Part shown: positions 53,033 to 63,299 of the stretch, in pieces
Layout of the letters: each line of letters starts with the position of its first letter
Position numbering within the stretch: the first letter of the stretch is position 1
Virus record (IMG/VR): IMGVR_UViG_3300036770_005357
From: a virus
Taxonomy: Duplodnaviria > Caudoviricetes
Direction: 5' to 3' (one strand)
Length of the DNA stretch: 64,000 bases
Translations under genes and position numbers: made by a program
The notes under the pieces: generated by a model
What the model saw: the letters and a program-made list of their open reading frames with translations, nothing else
Told to the model about the DNA's origin: nothing
The model's database searches: none

Positions 53033-53763
53033 AGATACAAGTACTTAAAAACGAAGACTATCAAGAAGTTTCAAACTTACCATCAAAAGGTACGGAACGT
53101 GCCACAGGATATGATATAGTTGCTACAAGTGAACCAGAAATCGTTGGTGAAAAGAATGAAAATGGATCTTATAAAAGAATTGATTACATTCAATATAAAA
53201 CTAATCTTAAAGTTGCTGTACAGAAAGAAGAAAAGTCATTGACAGGTTTTAGTCTCGAACTTACCGACTATGATATTTTAGCATTTCCTCGTAGCAGTGT
53301 TAGTAAGTACAATCTTCAATTGGCCAATAGTATTGGATTGATTGATGCCGATTACAGAGGAGAATTACTACTTCGTTTTAATTATCTATGGCAACCGGAA
53401 GATTATAATTTATATACACATGAAGCCGGAGATGCAGTCAAAGGTGAATTATACACTTATATAGGCGGAAAAGTTAATTCAAGTAAAATCTATAAAAAAG
53501 GAGATAAGATCTGTCAACTTAAAGTAACAAGAGTAGAGAATGTTAACTTCGAACTTGTAAATGAATTAGACTCCACAAATAGAGGTGAAGGTGGATTTGG
53601 AAGCACCGATAACAAAAAATCAGAAAACGCTAGTGTGGCTGCTAAACAAATGTCTACAATGGAACACTTGTACAATAATATGACAAACAATGTGTCCACG
53701 CCAACAAAAAAATACAGTCAAACAATTAAGGAAAGAGATCAACAATTTTTTAATCAAAAATAA
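53029..53763 (+). CDS. dut: dUTPase (trimeric) with insertions and C-terminal extension
   Basis: ATGYD, FPRSS, GLIDADYRGE, ICQL, RGEGGFGST. Confidence 0.92.
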   Translation: MKIQVLKNEDYQEVSNLPSKGTERATGYDIVATSEPEIVGEKNENGSYKRIDYIQYKTNLKVAVQKEEKSLTGFSLELTDYDILAFPRSSVSKYNLQLANSIGLIDADYRGELLLRFNYLWQPEDYNLYTHEAGDAVKGELYTYIGGKVNSSKIYKKGDKICQLKVTRVENVNFELVNELDSTNRGEGGFGSTDNKKSENASVAAKQMSTMEHLYNNMTNNVSTPTKKYSQTIKERDQQFFNQK

Positions 53764-53765
53764 AT

Positions 53766-55100
53766 ATGAACAAACCATTATGTTTAATTTCAGGACCAGT
53801 TTTTAATCGTAGCGGATATGGCGATTGGGCAACTGCTGTTGCTAAAAGTATTATTCGTTATGACAAATATGATGTTAAAATCGCACCAACTAGATGGGGA
53901 AACTGTCAAACAAAACGATTTTTTGAAGAAATTACAGATCCCGAAGATAAGATGTTATCGAGTAAATTTTTACAAGGACAATTAAACAAACAACCCGAAT
54001 TATTTATTCAACTCACAATACCGGAAGAATTTCAACCAATTGGCAAATATAATATTGGTATGACTGCTGGTATTGAAACTACAATTTCACCGGGCCCTTG
54101 GTTAGAGGGAATTAACAAAATGAATTTAACTATAGGTTTGTCTAACCATGTTAAAAAAATATTTATGGACACTAAAATGTCTAAAAAACTTGAAAATGGA
54201 CAAACGGTAAGTGTTCAGGTTGATAAACCCATTGAAGTGTGTTTTTGGGGTGTAGATACAAACATTTATAAGAAAACGGAAGAAAAATCAGAAACAGTTG
54301 ATCAAGCTTTATCTAAAATTGAAGAAAAGTCCGCTTTCCTTTTTATTGGTCAATGGACACACGGCGGTTTATTTAATGACAGAAAAGATATTGGTAATTT
54401 AATTAAAACATTTTGTAATGCATTTAAAAATAATGACAAAAATGATAAACCGTGCTTAATTATAAAAACGAGTGGTGCAAACTATTCAACTGTAGATCGG
54501 TTTGATATCTTAGACAAAATAAAAAGAATTAAAAGTGGATTAGGTGATAATTTGCCAAATGTTTATCTCTTACACGGAGAATTAAGTGATGTGGAAATGA
54601 ACGCACTTTTAAATCATGAAAAAATAATAGCACATGTTTCATTTACTCATGGAGAAGGATTTGGTCATCCATTGTTGTTAGCAACAATGAGTGGAAAACC
54701 TTTATTAGCACCTGACTGGAGTGGACATTTAGATTATTTAAACCCACAATATGCAAATTTGTTACCAGGCAATTTAGTAGATGTGAATAGATCGTCGGTA
54801 AATAATTGGATTTTAAAAGAAAGTAAATGGTTCAAAGTTTCATATTCATTAGCTGAGACTAAAATGAAAGATGTTTATTCATTCCGTAAACAAGATAAGT
54901 TTAATAAACCAGCGGAATTTCTAAGAGCCGAGAATTTCGAAAAATTCAGTTTACAAGCAATGGATCAAAAATTGTGGGGTATTCTTGATAAGTATGTTCC
55001 TAAATTTGCAGTCGAAAATAGTTTTGTCTTACCAAAACTAAAACCCATAGCTAATAAAACAGATCAGAACAAAATTGTTTTACCTAAATTAAAAATTTGA
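53766..55100 (+). CDS. GT4-like glycosyltransferase
   Basis: RSGYG, TAGIET, RKDIG, HGEGFG.P, WSGHLD. Confidence 0.85.
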   Translation: MNKPLCLISGPVFNRSGYGDWATAVAKSIIRYDKYDVKIAPTRWGNCQTKRFFEEITDPEDKMLSSKFLQGQLNKQPELFIQLTIPEEFQPIGKYNIGMTAGIETTISPGPWLEGINKMNLTIGLSNHVKKIFMDTKMSKKLENGQTVSVQVDKPIEVCFWGVDTNIYKKTEEKSETVDQALSKIEEKSAFLFIGQWTHGGLFNDRKDIGNLIKTFCNAFKNNDKNDKPCLIIKTSGANYSTVDRFDILDKIKRIKSGLGDNLPNVYLLHGELSDVEMNALLNHEKIIAHVSFTHGEGFGHPLLLATMSGKPLLAPDWSGHLDYLNPQYANLLPGNLVDVNRSSVNNWILKESKWFKVSYSLAETKMKDVYSFRKQDKFNKPAEFLRAENFEKFSLQAMDQKLWGILDKYVPKFAVENSFVLPKLKPIANKTDQNKIVLPKLKI

Positions 55101-55753
55101 TTAAAATGTTTTTATCTTATTTAATAACATCTCATAATGAAGAGGTTTGTTTGAGTAAACTTCTACAGAAATTGCTTTCATTTAAAAAAGAAAACCATGA
55201 AATAGTTTTATTAGATGATTATTCGGATAATCCGGAAACTATTTCTATAATAAACAGTTGTAAATCAAATATTAATTTTTATCAAAAAAAATTAGACAAA
55301 GATTATGGAGCACATAAAAACTATGGTATAAGTCTTTGCAAAGGTAAGTGGATATTTCAAATAGATGCAGATGAATGTCCGACAGACTTGCTTTTAGAAA
55401 ATATAGACGACATTTTAAAAGCAAACGATTCAAATGAAGCGATTTGGTTACCGAGGTTAAATTATTTTTACGGAGTAACTCAACAAGACATATTAACATG
55501 GGGATGGCAATATAACGACGGTATGATTAACTTTCCAGACTATCAATCTAGATTATATAAAAATTTACCTCATATTAAATATGAACGCAGATTACATGAG
55601 AAAGTTGAAGGATATAAAAGTTATGTATTTATTCCTGCGCAAAAAGATATTGCATTGATACATGAAAAAACTATAGAAAAACAACGACAAACAAATATAA
55701 AATACAATCAGTTGTTTACGGAAGATGAAAATAGGGGATATAGTGTAAAATAA
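55097..55753 (+). CDS. GT2 glycosyltransferase
   Basis: HNEE, LDDYSD, KN..KG.WIFQIDADE, PDYQ.RL, LHE. Confidence 0.88.
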   Translation: MIKMFLSYLITSHNEEVCLSKLLQKLLSFKKENHEIVLLDDYSDNPETISIINSCKSNINFYQKKLDKDYGAHKNYGISLCKGKWIFQIDADECPTDLLLENIDDILKANDSNEAIWLPRLNYFYGVTQQDILTWGWQYNDGMINFPDYQSRLYKNLPHIKYERRLHEKVEGYKSYVFIPAQKDIALIHEKTIEKQRQTNIKYNQLFTEDENRGYSVK

Positions 55754-55757
55754 ATTT

Positions 55758-56183
55758 ATGAAATATATTACAAATATAGATACTTTATCAGCATTATTTG
55801 ATCGATTAATAACGGAAAATATTAAATTATATTTTTTTGAAAAAGATAATTTAACAGAAAAAAGTAATCATCAAAAATTAATAATTGAAGAAATAAAAAA
55901 CAAAATCCGTACTCTATTGAGAGATACTTATGAAAATAAACAATATGATTATTTTTCCGAAAAAAGAACTTTTAATGAAAATACAATTGTAGAATCGTTG
56001 GAAGAGTTGATAATTAATGACATTAATATCGGAGAATCTGATAGAGAGCGTTTAAAACAAGTACAAAGCGATACACCCTCCATAGATAAGTTCATAGTAA
56101 ATGAAAAGAGACTTAGAAAATCGAATGAAGGTAGATCACGAAATAAAAATGAAATAGATCAACAATATAAAGATTTACTATGA
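55758..56183 (+). CDS. Helical hypothetical protein (DUF6165-like)
   Basis: TL..L.DRL.TENIKL..N..R...NEID, similar to the 60406-60759 ORF. Confidence 0.55.
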   Translation: MKYITNIDTLSALFDRLITENIKLYFFEKDNLTEKSNHQKLIIEEIKNKIRTLLRDTYENKQYDYFSEKRTFNENTIVESLEELIINDINIGESDRERLKQVQSDTPSIDKFIVNEKRLRKSNEGRSRNKNEIDQQYKDLL

Positions 56184-57166
56184 ATGTATTAATAACAGGT
56201 GTTGCGGGTTTACTCGGATCTAATTTAGCTGATTATTTAATCAATAAAAATATTAATGTAATCGGTATAGACGATTTAAGTGGCGGATATATTGAAAATG
56301 TTAATGATAAGGTAAATTTTCACAAACTAAATTTAATAAACGATGTCACTCGTTTAAACGAATTATTTAATACATTCAAGATCGATTTTGTTTATCACAT
56401 GGCAGCATATGCCGCTGAAGGATTAAGTCCTTTTATACGAAATTATAATTATAATAATAATTTAATTGCTACAACAAATATTGTAAACTGTTGTGTGAAT
56501 CACAATGTAAAACGACTCATATTCACATCTACTATGGCAGTTTATGGTGAAAACACTTTGCCGTTTGATGAAAAATACTTACCAAATCCCATTGATCCAT
56601 ATGGTATTGCAAAATATGCTTGTGAACTGGATATAAAAGTTGCTGGAGAACAACATGGATTAGACTGGTGTATAATCAGACCACATAATGTTTATGGTAA
56701 AAAACAAAATATCTGGGACAAATATAGAAATGTTTTAGGTATTTGGATGAATTTACATTTAAATAATAAACCATTAACAATCTATGGGGATGGAAAACAA
56801 ACCCGAGCGTTTTCTTATATCGACGACAGCGTTGAACCTTTATGGAATGCTGCAATTTTCCCAGAGGCTTCTAAACAAATAATTAATTTAGGAGGAATTT
56901 ATGAAACAAGTATCAATGAAGCATGTGATATTTTAATTAAAGTTATGGGAGGTGGAACTAAGGTGCATCTCGAAAAAAGACATGAAGTAAAACATGCATA
57001 TTCTACTTATCAAAAATCCATAGATATTTTGAAATTTAATCATCAAACTAATTTAGAAAATGGGTTAACCGATATGTGGACTTGGGCAAAAAATCAACCA
57101 CGAAAAAATCAATTTATATGGCAAAAGTACGAAATTGAAAAAGGAATTTATAATTACTGGAAATAA
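56180..57166 (+). CDS. NAD-dependent sugar epimerase/dehydratase
   Basis: TGVAGLLG, TSTMAVYG, YGIAK, RPHNVYG, GDGKQTRAF. Confidence 0.93.
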   Translation: MNVLITGVAGLLGSNLADYLINKNINVIGIDDLSGGYIENVNDKVNFHKLNLINDVTRLNELFNTFKIDFVYHMAAYAAEGLSPFIRNYNYNNNLIATTNIVNCCVNHNVKRLIFTSTMAVYGENTLPFDEKYLPNPIDPYGIAKYACELDIKVAGEQHGLDWCIIRPHNVYGKKQNIWDKYRNVLGIWMNLHLNNKPLTIYGDGKQTRAFSYIDDSVEPLWNAAIFPEASKQIINLGGIYETSINEACDILIKVMGGGTKVHLEKRHEVKHAYSTYQKSIDILKFNHQTNLENGLTDMWTWAKNQPRKNQFIWQKYEIEKGIYNYWK

Positions 57167-57176
57167 ATTTTTAGTT

Positions 57177-57806
57177 ATGAAAAAAATAAAATTTGACATT
57201 CTTACAGAATCCGAACTAATCGAATACGGCGTGTTTTCATCGGTAGATGAAACCTATGACTTTATAAAATCCAATCCTGAAAACCAACGTGGAAAAAATT
57301 CCATACAATGGATATACTTGTATATGGATGAGTTATATCAACTTGCTAAAGAATGTAATCATATTACCGAGATGGGTGTGAATGAAGTAAATAGTTCATG
57401 GGCATTCTTAAAAGCGAGGCCCAAAAAATTAGTATGTATTGATATTACATTTTCTTATGCTTATAAAAGAGTTAATTTTGAAGATCACATTTGGTTAGAA
57501 TCATTAAAAGCTTTATCTAAAAAAGAAAATGTAGATTTAACATTAATAGAAGATGATACCACTAAAATAGAAATTGAAGAAACAGATTTATTATTTATCG
57601 ATACGAAACACACTTACCAACATCTTAAAAAAGAATTAAATTTACACGCTAATAAAGTTAAAAAATATATAGCATTTCACGATACAGTTTTGTTTCCGGA
57701 GTTAAATAACGCCATCATTGAATTTTTAGAAACGAATAGAAATTGGACAATATATAAAAATATAAAAACCAATCCCGGTCTTCTAATCATAAAAAATAAT
57801 ACATGA
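57177..57806 (+). CDS. Class I methyltransferase-like
   Basis: EMGV, IDI, FIDTKHTY..L..EL, FHDT. Start revised to MKKIKF. Confidence 0.75.
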   Translation: MKKIKFDILTESELIEYGVFSSVDETYDFIKSNPENQRGKNSIQWIYLYMDELYQLAKECNHITEMGVNEVNSSWAFLKARPKKLVCIDITFSYAYKRVNFEDHIWLESLKALSKKENVDLTLIEDDTTKIEIEETDLLFIDTKHTYQHLKKELNLHANKVKKYIAFHDTVLFPELNNAIIEFLETNRNWTIYKNIKTNPGLLIIKNNT

Positions 57807-58465
57807 ACAACATAATCAACGAAATTTTAAATAAAAAATTGACTCTAATTGATAGAGAAAGATTTGATTGTATTATTGATTTAAAACAGCAGGTTGAATC
57901 TCATGATGGCGATATAGTAGAATGTGGAGTTTATAAAGGAGGTATGGCTATATTTTTAGCTCATCTATTTCCTTTAAAAAAAATATGGGTGGTAGATTCA
58001 TTTAGAGGATGTCAACCTTTAAAAAACGCTTTATTTAAATATGAAAAAGAAGAAAGATGGAAAGATGGAGAATTTTCAGCTTCCATAGAAGAAGTAAAAA
58101 ATAACTTCAAAAAATTTAACATTTTAGATAAGAATCGAATAATTTATTTAGAGGGTTGGGTAAAAGATACATTACCTACATGTGATATAAATAAAATATT
58201 ACTGCTTAGAGTAGATGTTGATAGTTATAGTGCAACCCGTGAAGTATTAAGATATTTATATGACAAAGTTGTTTTAAATGGCGTAGTAGTGTTCGATGAT
58301 ACATGTTGTTATGAAGCTATGGATGCTATCAAAGATTTTTTCATAATCGAAAAACAACAGCCAAATATAAATTTTTATACAGCAAAACACGAAAAAATAG
58401 ATTTATTGAACATCGACTCAAAAAATGTTCCGTGTGGTTGTTACATGATTAAAAAATATGAGTAA
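57803..58465 (+). CDS. TylF/MycF-family sugar O-methyltransferase
   Basis: GDIVECGVYKGG, VDSF.G, GWVKDTLP, LLRVDVD.YS, VFDD. Confidence 0.9.
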   Translation: MNNIINEILNKKLTLIDRERFDCIIDLKQQVESHDGDIVECGVYKGGMAIFLAHLFPLKKIWVVDSFRGCQPLKNALFKYEKEERWKDGEFSASIEEVKNNFKKFNILDKNRIIYLEGWVKDTLPTCDINKILLLRVDVDSYSATREVLRYLYDKVVLNGVVVFDDTCCYEAMDAIKDFFIIEKQQPNINFYTAKHEKIDLLNIDSKNVPCGCYMIKKYE

Positions 58466-59402
58466 AAAAATTGTAATAGTTCCAGTATTTTGTGAAACTC
58501 ACTTAATTAAACTTCAAATAGATAATATATTTAATACGATTGATCCAGATATATTAATTTACAACGAAGGAATGTTTCCTCATGGTCCCGAAAGTTGTAC
58601 TAATATGGCCGGATTTAAAGAAAAATATACTCTAAATAGTGAAGGAAAACGAGGGTTTGACTATCCGGAATTACAAGAAATAATATTTGAAGCTCAAAAA
58701 AAATATAGTAATAAGAAAATTATATTAAATGAGATGGAATACGATCCAAATGAAAAATCTGCTACCAAACATTATACAAAAGCGTGTAGTAATTTTAAAG
58801 AATTAAATATTGATGTTAATGTTGGTGATTTTATATTTCCATTTGAAGGAGATGTATTTCATCTAGAGAGTGATAAAGATTCGATTGAATCGTACATGTC
58901 CCAATTAAATCCAGACACCGGTTTTAGAAGTATATGGGTAGATTTCGTACAAAATCAATATTACGCGGAACTTAAAAGTCTCAAACCATTCTTTAAAAAT
59001 CAAGAGGGTAGTACCAGAAAAATTTGCATAAAATATGGCACTCAAAAATTTTACGAATCTGTTATAGGAAATTTTGAATCTAGAAATTATGAAGCGTTGT
59101 ATTCTACAGAACTAGTAACATACCACTATCCGTGGTTTAGATTTGGAAAATATTTAGACTTAAGATACGATCAACTTAATAGACCCGATTATTATTGGAA
59201 ATACTTTTCTCAGGCTTTAAATTACATAGATGAATTAAAATACGCACGTGTATGTGCTAAGCCTGATAAACAAGGTACATACAGATATTTAAGTGCAGTA
59301 AAAATAAATCACCCAGAAGCTATAAAATCACATCCAAACTATATATCCGATATTGATATTGAAACTATTATTAACAATAACCACATCATCGATTATAAAT
59401 GA
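58458..59402 (+). CDS. GT-A glycosyltransferase-like
   Basis: VPVFCE, EG.F, FEGDVF, YHY.W. Confidence 0.55.
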   Translation: MSKKIVIVPVFCETHLIKLQIDNIFNTIDPDILIYNEGMFPHGPESCTNMAGFKEKYTLNSEGKRGFDYPELQEIIFEAQKKYSNKKIILNEMEYDPNEKSATKHYTKACSNFKELNIDVNVGDFIFPFEGDVFHLESDKDSIESYMSQLNPDTGFRSIWVDFVQNQYYAELKSLKPFFKNQEGSTRKICIKYGTQKFYESVIGNFESRNYEALYSTELVTYHYPWFRFGKYLDLRYDQLNRPDYYWKYFSQALNYIDELKYARVCAKPDKQGTYRYLSAVKINHPEAIKSHPNYISDIDIETIINNNHIIDYK

Positions 59403-60409
59403 AATTACAAAATAAATATGCAATAGGCACACATGTTATGTTCTATGAAATAGAAATGTATCCGGATTTTATAAACGGATTAATAAATCTATTAGAAGCT
59501 GTAGAGAACAAAGAAAATGTCTACTTAGATTTTTGTTTTAATACATCTGAATATTTTGAAAAGATTGATAAAAACAAAATAAGTTTAGATAACTTGTTCA
59601 TTAAGTTTAATAGTGGTATAGAAAAATTAAAAGCATTGGGTTATAATAACATAAAAACTGATATTAAAAACATCAACGATGAAATTTACAATATAGCAGA
59701 TTATAGAAGAGACTTTAACAACAACTATTGCAAAAAAGTTGATTTTTTAATGTGGGGAGAAACTGACAGTTTCTTTCCAAAAGAATCATTTAAAGTACTC
59801 GAATCTTTAAAAAATTATACAGATAAAAATAATTTTCATCGTTATATCTTATCGTGGTCGGAACGGAAAATGTGGGATGAATCTTGGAAAGTTACTGAAC
59901 ATGTTGACTATGAAAATATAATTTTTGTAGATACACCGGATCAAGTTGATAATGAAAATTATGCTAAATCTCCGTTGTCCATCGAAAAAATGAATTTAAT
60001 AAATTCAAAAACTGTAGATATAGATATCAGAGTAACAAATGAACCTAAAATTGATGGCAGTTGTTTAGTAATCAGTTCAGATTTGATTAAATGTGGAGTC
60101 AACATTCCTCACAGTCTTTTGTGTAGTGGTGATGATAGTAGTTTAGGCGTAATTGCAAAACAACTTCTGGGAGATAAATTCATACAAATCGTCGTTAAAA
60201 ATATATTAAAAGTACATGCTAGAAGACATCCCAAAAAAAGAATGTATATTTTAAATGAAAACAATCCCCGTGGTTTTTGTGGTAAAGAAAAGGGTGATTG
60301 GTGGAAAATTTTACAAGATTACTCTAAATCCAATTTAAACATTTTATTAAATAATCAAAATAAATTCTATACATTTGACGATGTATTTGATAAAATAAAA
60401 AACATATGA
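59399..60409 (+). CDS. GT-A glycosyltransferase-like
   Basis: IADYRRDFN, WGETDS, KIDG, GDD, H.R.H. Confidence 0.55.
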   Translation: MKLQNKYAIGTHVMFYEIEMYPDFINGLINLLEAVENKENVYLDFCFNTSEYFEKIDKNKISLDNLFIKFNSGIEKLKALGYNNIKTDIKNINDEIYNIADYRRDFNNNYCKKVDFLMWGETDSFFPKESFKVLESLKNYTDKNNFHRYILSWSERKMWDESWKVTEHVDYENIIFVDTPDQVDNENYAKSPLSIEKMNLINSKTVDIDIRVTNEPKIDGSCLVISSDLIKCGVNIPHSLLCSGDDSSLGVIAKQLLGDKFIQIVVKNILKVHARRHPKKRMYILNENNPRGFCGKEKGDWWKILQDYSKSNLNILLNNQNKFYTFDDVFDKIKNI

Positions 60410-60759
60410 AAATGCCAATATCAGAAATAGCAGATAGATATAGTATAACTCTTTTAAAAAGTGAACGAATTGAAGGAGTAAATCTAACAGATGAATTAAA
60501 TGCCTATTTACAAGAATTAAATAAGTACGAAGGTATACAAAGTTATTTAGAAAGACTGTATCAGATAAACGGAGAAATTTGGGATTTGGAATCCGACATT
60601 AGAAAAGGTAAGGAGAATATACTCGGACTTGAAGAAGTTGGTAGACGAGCAATTATGATTCGAGGTAAGAATAAGATTCGAGTTGGAATTAAAAATGAAA
60701 TGGTAGAGAAATACGAAGAAGGATTCAAAGATATAAAAATGAATCATGCTAGTGTATGA
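60406..60759 (+). CDS. DUF6165-like helical protein
   Basis: ISEIADRYSI..LK..L..IN..IWD.E..IR..N..R..IKN. Confidence 0.65.
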   Translation: MKMPISEIADRYSITLLKSERIEGVNLTDELNAYLQELNKYEGIQSYLERLYQINGEIWDLESDIRKGKENILGLEEVGRRAIMIRGKNKIRVGIKNEMVEKYEEGFKDIKMNHASV

Positions 60760-61697
60760 ATGTATGTTTTGTAAGCCAAAACGGTCATATAGGAAAACTA
60801 CCACGAAATTTTGAAAATTGTAGAGTAGAGTTTGCTTGGCAAATTGCATTAAACTCGGATCATCTATCTTTTGATTATATTTGTAAAAACAAAGTACAAT
60901 CGTACGACTTAGTTATAATAATTCTACCGAAGAAACTTGAATTGATTAATATCAATCAAATATTAGATATTTGTAAATCTATTGGTAAAAAAGTAACAGT
61001 AATGCAAGAAGGTCCGTGTTGGTATTACCAAGATTACAAATACGAAGATCAAGTTAATTATATAAACTTTTTGAATGAGATGGACTTTTTATTAGTCCAT
61101 AATAAAAGTGATGTAGCTTATTTTAAAGGTATATTTAAGAAACCTACATTTAATCTACAATCTTTAATGATTGAAGATACAGTTAAAAATATAATTAATA
61201 AAAATAGTGGATATCCAATCATCGGTGGTAACTTTTGTAGCTGGTACGGTGGAGTAGATAGTTATTTTGTTGCCCGTAATTTTAATAAAGATATATACAT
61301 ACCTAGTATGGGTAGGAAAATAACCAATGAGGAAAACTTCCCAAACTTAAAACATTTACCTTATATGCAATGGACGCAATGGATCCATACACTATCTCAA
61401 TTCAACATAGGTATTCATTTGATGAGAACACATGCGGCTGGTACATTTGCCCTTAATTGTGCTTATTTAGGTATACCGTGTATCGGTTATAAAGGATTGG
61501 ATACTCAACAAATATTACATCCATTATTAACGGTTGATGTAGGTAATATAGAAAAAGCAAACGAATTAGCTATACAATTAAGAGATGATGTAGATTTTTA
61601 TAATAATTGTTCTTTTCATTCTAAAGAATTATATCAAATATATTATACAGAAGAAAAGTGGTTACAAAATTGGAATAAAATTTATGAACAAATTTAA
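60756..61697 (+). CDS. GT-B glycosyltransferase-like
   Basis: GIHLMRTHAAGTFALNCAYLGIPCIGY. Confidence 0.7.
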   Translation: MNVCFVSQNGHIGKLPRNFENCRVEFAWQIALNSDHLSFDYICKNKVQSYDLVIIILPKKLELININQILDICKSIGKKVTVMQEGPCWYYQDYKYEDQVNYINFLNEMDFLLVHNKSDVAYFKGIFKKPTFNLQSLMIEDTVKNIINKNSGYPIIGGNFCSWYGGVDSYFVARNFNKDIYIPSMGRKITNEENFPNLKHLPYMQWTQWIHTLSQFNIGIHLMRTHAAGTFALNCAYLGIPCIGYKGLDTQQILHPLLTVDVGNIEKANELAIQLRDDVDFYNNCSFHSKELYQIYYTEEKWLQNWNKIYEQI

Positions 61698-62487
61698 AAT
61701 TGGCATTGTTGGTTACGGATATGTTGGAAAAGCGTTTCATAATTTTTTTAAAAATCATTACGAATGTTTAATTTATGATCCAAACTTAAATACAAGCGTA
61801 ACCAAAGACGAAATCAATAAATGTAATTTAGCAGTTGTATGCGTTCCTACTCCCGAAAAACAAGATGGTAGTTGTGATACGAGTATTGTGGAAGAAACAA
61901 TTAGTTGGTTAAAAACGGAATTAATTCTTTTAAAAAGTACAGTTGAAATTGGCACAACCGATAAACTAATCAACACTTTTAATAAAGAAATTGTATTTAG
62001 TCCCGAATTTGCAGGTGAGTCAAAATATTGGACACCGGATGGATTTACAACTGATGTTAAACAAACACCATTCTTTATATTTGGTGGTAAAAAAGAACTA
62101 TGTTACAAATTAATTGAAATTTACACACCTATAACCGGTCCAAGCAAAACATACCGGGTAACAGATACAATCAGCGCGGAGATTACAAAATATGTAACAA
62201 ATACACATCTAGCTATGAAAGTTGCATATTGCAATGAAATATACGATTTGTGTGAAAAACTCGGAATAAATTATTATGAAATGAGAGATTTATGGTTATT
62301 AGATCCCCGTACTACTAAATCCCATACAGCTGTATTTGCAAATGACCGTGGATTCGGAGGAAAATGTTTTCCAAAAGACACAAAAGCTTTAGTCAAATTG
62401 GGAGATAAAGTTGATATAAATCTTTCAATTTTAAAAAGTGTGTTAAAAAGTAATGAAGAAATGATCAAAAAAAATAATGTTATTTGA
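61684..62487 (+). CDS. UDP-glucose/GDP-mannose dehydrogenase family, lacking C-terminal domain
   Basis: GYGYVG, CVPTP, KSTV, SPEF, AE..KY..N..A.K, GFGGKCFPKD. Only 267 aa. Confidence 0.88.
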   Translation: MNKFKIGIVGYGYVGKAFHNFFKNHYECLIYDPNLNTSVTKDEINKCNLAVVCVPTPEKQDGSCDTSIVEETISWLKTELILLKSTVEIGTTDKLINTFNKEIVFSPEFAGESKYWTPDGFTTDVKQTPFFIFGGKKELCYKLIEIYTPITGPSKTYRVTDTISAEITKYVTNTHLAMKVAYCNEIYDLCEKLGINYYEMRDLWLLDPRTTKSHTAVFANDRGFGGKCFPKDTKALVKLGDKVDINLSILKSVLKSNEEMIKKNNVI

Positions 62488-62490
62488 ATT

Positions 62491-63294
62491 ATGATTGAAG
62501 ATAAATTTACCATATGTACTAGTTTTAATCATAGACTTTTTAAAGATCCACATCAAATTGCATATAAAAGTCTACCAAAAATTTTCAAAAATAGTAAATT
62601 TTATGTCTATCACGAAAATTCTTTTGATTCAAAAGTAGATAACATATCAATCGATTTTTCTGACAAATCGGACAATGTTATATTATACGATTTATATGAA
62701 AAATTTCCGTGGTTAGAAAATTACTTAAAAACAAGTCATTTTTCAAAACTATCTAATCATTCTAATTATTGGATAAGAAATTCGGAATATTGGTTTAGAA
62801 AAGTAGTAAGTCTTGTAGATTTTATTATGACTGCAAATGAAACCGAATATGGTATTTGGTTTGATTGTGATTCTACTGTTATCAAACCATTTGACCAAAG
62901 ATTTTTAAACCAGTTATCAAATAATGATTGGTGTTGTATTTTCAGAGAAGAGTGGGGAGTAACTATTGAAACCGGATTTCAAGTTTTTAAACTAAATGAC
63001 GACCGTGTTAAAAATTTTTGTTTAAAGTATTTAGAATATTATACAAGCGGCGATGTTTTTAAAAATGAAAAACAATATGCCGATAATTTTGTATTGGAAT
63101 CATGTTTTAAAAAATTTGACCACGATTTAAAATTAGGCCGGTTATTAACAAATAACTTTGATATTTACGAATATATCAAACACTTTAAACGCCCTTTAGG
63201 ATTAGTCCGTGAACGGAAACGATTGATTGAAAAAAAGAACGAATTTTATTTAAAAAATAACAAACTTTTTAATAAATCAATTATCAATATTTAA
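62491..63294 (+). CDS. Nucleotide-diphospho-sugar transferase-like
   Basis: FRKV, IWFDCD, ETGF, DNFV, HFK. Confidence 0.65.
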   Translation: MIEDKFTICTSFNHRLFKDPHQIAYKSLPKIFKNSKFYVYHENSFDSKVDNISIDFSDKSDNVILYDLYEKFPWLENYLKTSHFSKLSNHSNYWIRNSEYWFRKVVSLVDFIMTANETEYGIWFDCDSTVIKPFDQRFLNQLSNNDWCCIFREEWGVTIETGFQVFKLNDDRVKNFCLKYLEYYTSGDVFKNEKQYADNFVLESCFKKFDHDLKLGRLLTNNFDIYEYIKHFKRPLGLVRERKRLIEKKNEFYLKNNKLFNKSIINI

Positions 63295-63299
63295 TTTTT